Origin: Candidatus Nanobsidianus stetteri
GTDB taxonomy: Archaea > Nanobdellota > Nanobdellia > Nanobdellales > Nanobdellaceae
Assembly (NCBI GenBank): GCA_000387965.1
Contig: APJZ01000001.1
Coordinates: 30,001 to 62,000, forward strand
Length of the DNA stretch: 32,000 nt
Direction of reading: 5' to 3'
Shown here: positions 26,608-32,000 of the stretch, piece by piece
Layout: each line of letters begins with the position of its first letter
How positions within the stretch are numbered: the stretch's first letter is position 1
Made by a program: the position numbers and the translations under genes
Notes under the pieces: model-generated
Told to the model about the DNA's origin: nothing
What the model saw: the letters and a program-made list of their open reading frames with translations, nothing else
Databases searched by the model: none

Positions 26608-27167
26608 GAATATTGGGAATTGATGATGGATATTTTGATAGAAATAAAGATAAATATACAATAATTGTTGGAGTTATAATGAGAGGATCTTTACAAATAG
26701 ATGGAATATTATCAAATAAAATTGAAATAGATGGATTCGATATAAATGATAGAATAATTGAAATGATAAAAAGGACAAAACATTATGATCAATTAAGAAT
26801 TATAGCAACAAATGGTATATCTTTTGGTGGATTTAATTTGATAGATTTTGAATATTTATATAATGAATTAGAAATACCAATAATATCTTTTGTAAGGAAA
26901 AGACCAAATATAAATAAATTTATAGAAGCAATTAAACATACAAAAGATTATGAAAAAAGATTGGAAATAGTAAAAAAATATCCAGAACCAAAAAGCTATA
27001 AAACTGAATATGGAACATTGTATTTTCAATATTATGGATTAGAATATAATGATGTAATAAATATAATTAAATTAACATCTGTACATTCTAGAATCCCCGA
27101 ACCAATTAGAGTTGCCCATCTAATTGCAATGGGAATAACAAAAGGATATTCAAGGGGAAAACCATAA
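26586..27167 (+). CDS. UPF0215/DUF99 family protein (endonuclease V-like fold)
   Basis: 193 aa. The family pattern is IRILGIDDGYF...IIVGVIMRG...IDGFD...NGISFGGFNLIDFEYLYNELEIPIISFVRKRPN. Confidence 0.75.
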   Translation: MDIKREIRILGIDDGYFDRNKDKYTIIVGVIMRGSLQIDGILSNKIEIDGFDINDRIIEMIKRTKHYDQLRIIATNGISFGGFNLIDFEYLYNELEIPIISFVRKRPNINKFIEAIKHTKDYEKRLEIVKKYPEPKSYKTEYGTLYFQYYGLEYNDVINIIKLTSVHSRIPEPIRVAHLIAMGITKGYSRGKP

Positions 27168-27191
27168 AAATGTTTTACATAAAACATCAAT

Positions 27192-28694
27192 ATGGACATT
27201 AAATCATTAATAAAAAATTGGAGAATTTTAATATTTATTATAATTTTTATTATAGCTTTAGTATTTGATGCATATGCATTAACTAACAATAAAGTAGAAG
27301 TTACTTCCAGTACTATTTTACCAAATGGTACATATATATATTCAATAAATGGTTGTCAAGTAAATTCAATAAGTTCATATTATACCTGTATATATAATAA
27401 TATTAATTCTTCATTTTTACAAATAAGTACAAGTAATGGAAATATTGTTTTAGAACCATATCAATATCAATTATTAATAAATGAAACAAATATAACACAA
27501 ACTTCTTTAATATCTTATGGAATAGATATTGCTGGAGGTTATTTATTAATATTAAATTCCTCAAAACCATTAACTTCCAAAGAATTGTCAATTGCAGCAC
27601 AAGTAATTGAAAACAGATTAAATTCTTTTGGTGTTAAATCAATAAACATATACCCAACATCTGCCGGATATATAATTGTTGAATTACCATATTCTGAAGG
27701 AAATTTGATTCCTTATATAATTAGTCAGGGGGAATTTTATGCAAAAATCGGTAATACAACAGTATTTACTGGTTCTGAAATAAAACCTTTGTTTGGAGGA
27801 CAATATTCTGGTTTATTAGGATGTTCTCCGGTAGGTAATCAATATGTATGTACATATTATTTCACATTATTATTATCTCCACAAGCGGCTAATAACTTTG
27901 CACAGGCTACTCAAAACTTATCTGTAGTATTAGAAAATGGAGGAGCATATTTAAGTGAGCCAATAGTATTCTATTTAGATAATCAGAATATATCAACATT
28001 ATTAATTGCTGCAAATCTAAGAGGTTCAAATACACAACAGGTAAGCATTCAAGTATCTGGAACTGGAAATTCTATGGCACAAGCACAATATAATGCATAT
28101 CAACAGGCATATAATTTATACATAATATTAGAAAATGGGCAATTGCCTTCTAAATTTAATATTGTTCAGGAATCTATAATTCCTCCAATATTTGGATATT
28201 ATATATTAAAATCATTTGAATTGGTATTATTATTAATATTTATTGGAATATTTGCAATATTGTATTTAACATATAGAAACATAAAAATACCTGCATTAGT
28301 TACATTAATATTAACATCAGAATTTTTAATTGCATTTGCAATAGGGATTGCAATACATCAAACATACGATATCCCAGCATTTATTGGTATAATATTCGGA
28401 ACTGCTACTGGTATAGATGATCAATTAGTTGCTGCTGAAGAAATATTAAGAGCAAAGAAAGAAGGAAATAATGAAGTAAAGATGGATAATATTGAAAGAT
28501 TGGATAAAGCAATCAAAAAAGCTATGTTTATTATACTATTAGCAATTATATTAGAAACATTGTCAGTATTCCCAGCATTTGTAGCAGGTTTATCATTATA
28601 TAAAGGATTTGCAGTTATGGTAATAATTACGGTTTGGATAGGATATTTATTAACAAGACCAGCGTTCATTAATTTAGCAAAAAATTTACTTTAA
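27192..28694 (+). CDS. secD: Protein-export membrane protein SecD
   Basis: 500 aa. It has an N-terminal TM segment, a ~300-aa external domain with the GIDIAGG motif (compare GLDLxGG), and five C-terminal TM helices including the GTATGIDDQLV segment. Confidence 0.7.
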   Translation: MDIKSLIKNWRILIFIIIFIIALVFDAYALTNNKVEVTSSTILPNGTYIYSINGCQVNSISSYYTCIYNNINSSFLQISTSNGNIVLEPYQYQLLINETNITQTSLISYGIDIAGGYLLILNSSKPLTSKELSIAAQVIENRLNSFGVKSINIYPTSAGYIIVELPYSEGNLIPYIISQGEFYAKIGNTTVFTGSEIKPLFGGQYSGLLGCSPVGNQYVCTYYFTLLLSPQAANNFAQATQNLSVVLENGGAYLSEPIVFYLDNQNISTLLIAANLRGSNTQQVSIQVSGTGNSMAQAQYNAYQQAYNLYIILENGQLPSKFNIVQESIIPPIFGYYILKSFELVLLLIFIGIFAILYLTYRNIKIPALVTLILTSEFLIAFAIGIAIHQTYDIPAFIGIIFGTATGIDDQLVAAEEILRAKKEGNNEVKMDNIERLDKAIKKAMFIILLAIILETLSVFPAFVAGLSLYKGFAVMVIITVWIGYLLTRPAFINLAKNLL

Positions 28695-29522
28695 TTTTTT
28701 ATAATAATCTCTCATTCTAATTGCATCTTGTTCAATATTTGGAGATTCTGAAATTACAACACCCTTAACTTTATATTCTTTTAATAATCTCAATATATCT
28801 TTCCAAGGCATATCAGATTCTTCTAAATTTAAATGTGTACCTTTTTTATCTAAAGTTATTCCTGACATATGAATATGCATATTATTTAAAACTTCTCTTC
28901 CAAGTTCATTTTCTATTTTATCTAATATTTCTCTAAAATAATCTATATCATTTCTATTACTTCTATATCTCAAATGAGCAAAATCCACTGCAGGTAAAAC
29001 ATTTTCTATATCTTGAGATAATTTTATTACTTCATCTATATCACCAAATTTTTTTGGTAATTCCATTGTTTCTGGTCTTATATAAATATCGATACTTTCA
29101 TCCTTTAATTTATCTATTAATTTCTTTAGATTTTCTTTTACTACATTATAAGTTTCCTCTTTCGAATTATTTAAGTACCAACCTGGATGAAAAACAACAG
29201 AATATCCTCCAGATAAATATAATAATCTTGCAGCATTATATAACATATCTATTGATTTATTTATTTTTGATTCTTCTGTAGAATTTAAATTAATGTAATA
29301 TGGAGCATGACATGTTAATATAAATTCTTTGTCCTTTAAATACTCATTTATACTATTTGCAACATCTTCTTTTAATTTTACACCATATGTAAATTCTATT
29401 TCAAATCCATCTAAATTTAATTCTTCATATGCATATTTAATCCCATTTAATGTATCTCTTTTTTTAGAAGATAAAGGAACTCCTGCAGGGCCAAAATGCA
29501 ATTTCTTTGGATGTTTTACCAT
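28686..29522 (-). CDS. nfo: Endonuclease IV-family AP endonuclease (TIM-barrel, xylose-isomerase-like)
   Basis: 278 aa. Metal-ligand-type segments are CHAPYYINL, VVFHPGWY, IRPETM, VDFAHL and MHIHMSG. The 3' end overlaps the convergent secD gene by 9 nt. Confidence 0.75.
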   Translation of the reverse strand: MVKHPKKLHFGPAGVPLSSKKRDTLNGIKYAYEELNLDGFEIEFTYGVKLKEDVANSINEYLKDKEFILTCHAPYYINLNSTEESKINKSIDMLYNAARLLYLSGGYSVVFHPGWYLNNSKEETYNVVKENLKKLIDKLKDESIDIYIRPETMELPKKFGDIDEVIKLSQDIENVLPAVDFAHLRYRSNRNDIDYFREILDKIENELGREVLNNMHIHMSGITLDKKGTHLNLEESDMPWKDILRLLKEYKVKGVVISESPNIEQDAIRMRDYYKKLK

Positions 29523-29600
29523 AATATTATTATAATATTTTGAAAGTTAAATTTTTTGTTAAAATAATTACTCATCAATCAAATTATAAAATAATAAAAT

Positions 29601-30332
29601 TTATACCTTTCTAAATAATACTATAAATTCTGTATGAACCAATTCTAAATTTCTTGGTCTAAGAACTTTCCCCTTTTCGTATATCCACTTTCTATAAAAA
29701 TTTTCATATACTCCAATCAATAAGAATTTATCATTTGAATATAATAACTTTAATACTGAAGTAATATTTGGTAAGAAAGATACTAAATATCCACCAAACT
29801 TTAATGAATTATATGCATGATCTAATGTATTCCAAGGATCTGGTATATCTAATATTATTAAATCTATATCCTTTTCATCAATTCCTTCATTAATATTCTT
29901 TAATTTTAATTCAACATAATCTAATAATTTTAATTTTTCTAAATTTTTCTTTGCAATATTATAAAAATCCTCCCTAATTTCATATGAATATACTTTTCCA
30001 TTTGGTCTTACAGAATTTGCTAAATAAGATGTTAATATCCCGGAACCTGTTCCTCCTTCTACAATTTTCATTCCTGGAGAAATATTTACTAAAGAATATA
30101 ATAATCCTATATCTTTTTCATGAATTGATTGTGGTCCCCTTTTTAAATATCTAACAAGATCATTAAAATTATCTTCCAATATTAAAAATTCTTCATTTAA
30201 ATGGGATTTAATTATACTACCAGGTTCCTTATTTAAATCTTCCTTTTTTATTATCCCAAAATGTGTATTAAAATCTTTATCTTTATCTTCTATATAAAAT
30301 TTCTTACCGGTTTTTCTATGAATTATTATCAT
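29601..30332 (-). CDS. trmI: tRNA (adenine-N1)-methyltransferase TrmI (GCD14 family)
   Basis: 243 aa. The SAM-binding segment is KIVEGGTGSGILTSYLANSVRPNGKVYSYEIREDF, followed by the LDIPDPWN motif. Confidence 0.8.
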   Translation of the reverse strand: MIIIHRKTGKKFYIEDKDKDFNTHFGIIKKEDLNKEPGSIIKSHLNEEFLILEDNFNDLVRYLKRGPQSIHEKDIGLLYSLVNISPGMKIVEGGTGSGILTSYLANSVRPNGKVYSYEIREDFYNIAKKNLEKLKLLDYVELKLKNINEGIDEKDIDLIILDIPDPWNTLDHAYNSLKFGGYLVSFLPNITSVLKLLYSNDKFLLIGVYENFYRKWIYEKGKVLRPRNLELVHTEFIVLFRKV

Positions 30333-30470
30333 AAATTTCTTTATATAAAAAATATATATGAAAAATGTGTTGGTATTTTATATAAAATTTTTAATTATAG
30401 TTATCTTATTATAGTAACTACAAGATATAATAATATATGATTTTGAAAATATAGAAAAATTATATATTTT

Positions 30471-31070
30471 CTACAACATTTTTATCGCAGATATAATTAT
30501 ATCTATCGCTATTGCCAATAATATTAGACCTCCTAATTTGTTTAAAATAATTAAATTCTTCTTTCCAGCTTTTTCCAATATTAAAGTACTATTATAAATT
30601 ATTATATAAGAAATTAAAAATGCTAAAGACATTATTAAAAATAAATATATCAAATTAAGATTTTCAGATGTATATATTAATGTTGTTGTAATAACGCCTG
30701 GACCTGTAATTAGTGGAATTGCTAATGGGGTTGCAATAATATCCTCTAAAGATTCGTTATTATCTTTTATATTTAAATGAGATGGTATATCTTTTGTCAA
30801 TATTTCGAATGCAATATAAAATAAAAATATTCCTCCAGCTATCCTAAAATCTATTAAATTTATTCCTAAAATTATTAAAAACCAATTACCAAATAAAAAT
30901 ATTATTAGCCATAATATATATGCAATTAAAAATGCTCTATTGATTGCATATCTTTTTTTATTTAAATCTAATCCTAAAGAATCGAAAATAGATTCAAAAA
31001 TAAATATATTTGGAACAGTTCCCAATATAATAAACATAGTAACAAATACATTGATATATTCTGTTATCAT
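30471..31070 (-). CDS. MarC/UPF0056 family integral membrane protein
   Basis: 199 aa with about 6 TM helices and the family motif ATPLAIPLITGPGVITT. Confidence 0.75.
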   Translation of the reverse strand: MITEYINVFVTMFIILGTVPNIFIFESIFDSLGLDLNKKRYAINRAFLIAYILWLIIFLFGNWFLIILGINLIDFRIAGGIFLFYIAFEILTKDIPSHLNIKDNNESLEDIIATPLAIPLITGPGVITTTLIYTSENLNLIYLFLIMSLAFLISYIIIYNSTLILEKAGKKNLIILNKLGGLILLAIAIDIIISAIKML

Positions 31071-31314
31071 AAACTGTTATACTCTTCGAAAATTTTAAAA
31101 TGAAATGCCATGAACTTATATATTTTATGATGAATTTTATATAATAAAATTTATGGACTTTATTATTACTATTTAGTAATCAATAAATATAGCATGATCT
31201 AGATAGTATTATAAATGAAAGCCTTGAAGAAGTTATGAAATACTAAATAAGAAGGTTTAATAATAAAGATTTTTCATTAATATCTATAAATTAAATTCTA
31301 CAATTAATTATGCT

Positions 31315-32000
31315 ATGGAGAATAAAGATCTGCTCAAAACTGGTTTAGAGATAGATATTGTAGATAGATTAAAAGTATTAGAAAAAATGAAAGAAAAAGG
31401 ATATAATCCATACCCATATGAATTTGATAAGACCAACGATGTAAAAGAAATAGTAAATGATCCTGATAAATTTATGGATAAGTATGTTAAGATTGCTGGA
31501 AGGGTTTATTCAGTTAGAAAACATGGTGGAATTGTATTTTATGATATAAAAGAAGAAGGTTATAGAATACAGGTTGTTATTAAAAAAGATATAACAAAAA
31601 ATTTTGAAGATGCATATGAATTTATTCAAAGAGGAGATATAATTGGTGTATATGGTAAAGTGGGGAGAACAAAAGCTGGAGAATTATCTGTATTTGCTGA
31701 AGATTGGATTATATTAACAAAATCATTAATCTCTTTACCAGATCAATGGTATGGATTTACTGATGTAGAAGAAAGATATAGAAAAAGGTATTTGGATTTA
31801 TTAATGAATGATGAAGTAAGGAGATATTTTGAAATAAGATTTAAAACAATAAGTTATGTAAGAAAATATTTTGAAAATTTAGGATATATAGAAGTACAAA
31901 CTCCTGTATTACAACCAATATATGGAGGGGCAAATGCAAAACCATTTATTACATATGTAAATGACTTAAAAGAAAATTGGTATTTGAGAATTGCTACAGA
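31315..32000 (+). CDS. lysS: Lysyl-tRNA synthetase, class II (3'-truncated at the window edge)
   Basis: Translated by hand; not in the ORF track. The N-terminus is MENKDLLKTGLEIDIVDRLKVLEKMKEKGYNPYPYEF. The OB fold is VKIAGRVYSVRKHGGIVFYDIKEEGYRIQVVI. Class II LysRS signatures are ERYRKRYLDLLMN, GYIEVQTPVLQ and GGANAKPFITY...WYLRIATE. Confidence 0.9.
   Translation, partial: MENKDLLKTGLEIDIVDRLKVLEKMKEKGYNPYPYEFDKTNDVKEIVNDPDKFMDKYVKIAGRVYSVRKHGGIVFYDIKEEGYRIQVVIKKDITKNFEDAYEFIQRGDIIGVYGKVGRTKAGELSVFAEDWIILTKSLISLPDQWYGFTDVEERYRKRYLDLLMNDEVRRYFEIRFKTISYVRKYFENLGYIEVQTPVLQPIYGGANAKPFITYVNDLKENWYLRIAT

Noticed and set aside
989-29535. About 30 short ORFs (61-123 aa) in the supplied track lying antisense to, or out of frame within, larger genes. 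Examples are 989-1189, 1080-1319, 1335-1550, 3167-3358, 6160-6405, 13802-14053, 14123-14374, 21136-21381, 24186-24557, 25551-25868, 28421-28669 and 29329-29535.
   Set aside because: They are shadow ORFs, which are expected in AT-rich DNA opposite K/N/I/E-rich genes. Their translations are low-complexity (L/F/I/Y-rich), and each is fully contained in a gene with clear family signatures or a better coding pattern.
31127-31133. A C-box-like ATGATGA suggesting a C/D box sRNA in the lysS upstream spacer.
   Set aside because: There is no D box (CTGA) on the same strand within the next ~120 nt and no terminal stem. The motif is expected by chance in AT-rich DNA.
1-32000. CRISPR arrays, IS elements, rRNA genes, and split or intron-containing tRNA halves.
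   Set aside because: I saw no repeat-spacer periodicity, no transposase-like ORF, and no GC-rich RNA-like islands other than the two tRNAs.

Overview
Very AT-rich (by eye about a quarter G+C; not computed), extremely compact archaeal chromosome segment with no CRISPR array, transposase or integrase. From about 10.2 kb to 32.0 kb it is a dense run of recognisable archaeal housekeeping genes. In order these are Taw3, archaeal DnaG, class V FBP aldolase/phosphatase, stalk protein P1, a coiled-coil protein, AlaRS and tRNA-Leu(UAG). Then come two orphan genes, a histone, PCNA, a small membrane protein, a DExH helicase with a C-terminal 4-Cys DUF1998 domain, ATP-dependent DNA ligase and tRNA-Ile(GAU). 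The run ends with a membrane protein/MBF1/membrane protein/DUF99 operon, SecD, endonuclease IV, TrmI, MarC and a 3'-truncated class II LysRS. Nt 1-11.3 kb is different: it encodes only orphan, Asn/Tyr-rich, N-glycosylation-sequon-dense membrane-anchored or secreted proteins. Its core (3641-10264, + strand) is a nine-gene operon linked by overlapping or near-abutting stop/start codons. Every product begins with one hydrophobic helix, several with a pilin-like (class III-like) N-terminus. Three products are tiny (48-61 aa), and two of those are missing from the supplied ORF track. All six large products have an even number of cysteines. I consider this the best candidate for an undescribed system: a cell-surface appendage or attachment module, with no ATPase, platform or peptidase gene in the window. 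The neighbouring surface-protein gene (2245-3549, - strand) carries one in-frame TAG exactly at the signal-peptide/mature-protein junction. GC-rich tRNAs in an AT-rich genome, FBP aldolase/phosphatase, scattered operons and pervasive gene overlaps suggest a thermophilic, genome-reduced archaeon, possibly Nanoarchaeota/DPANN-like. That lineage call is inference only.
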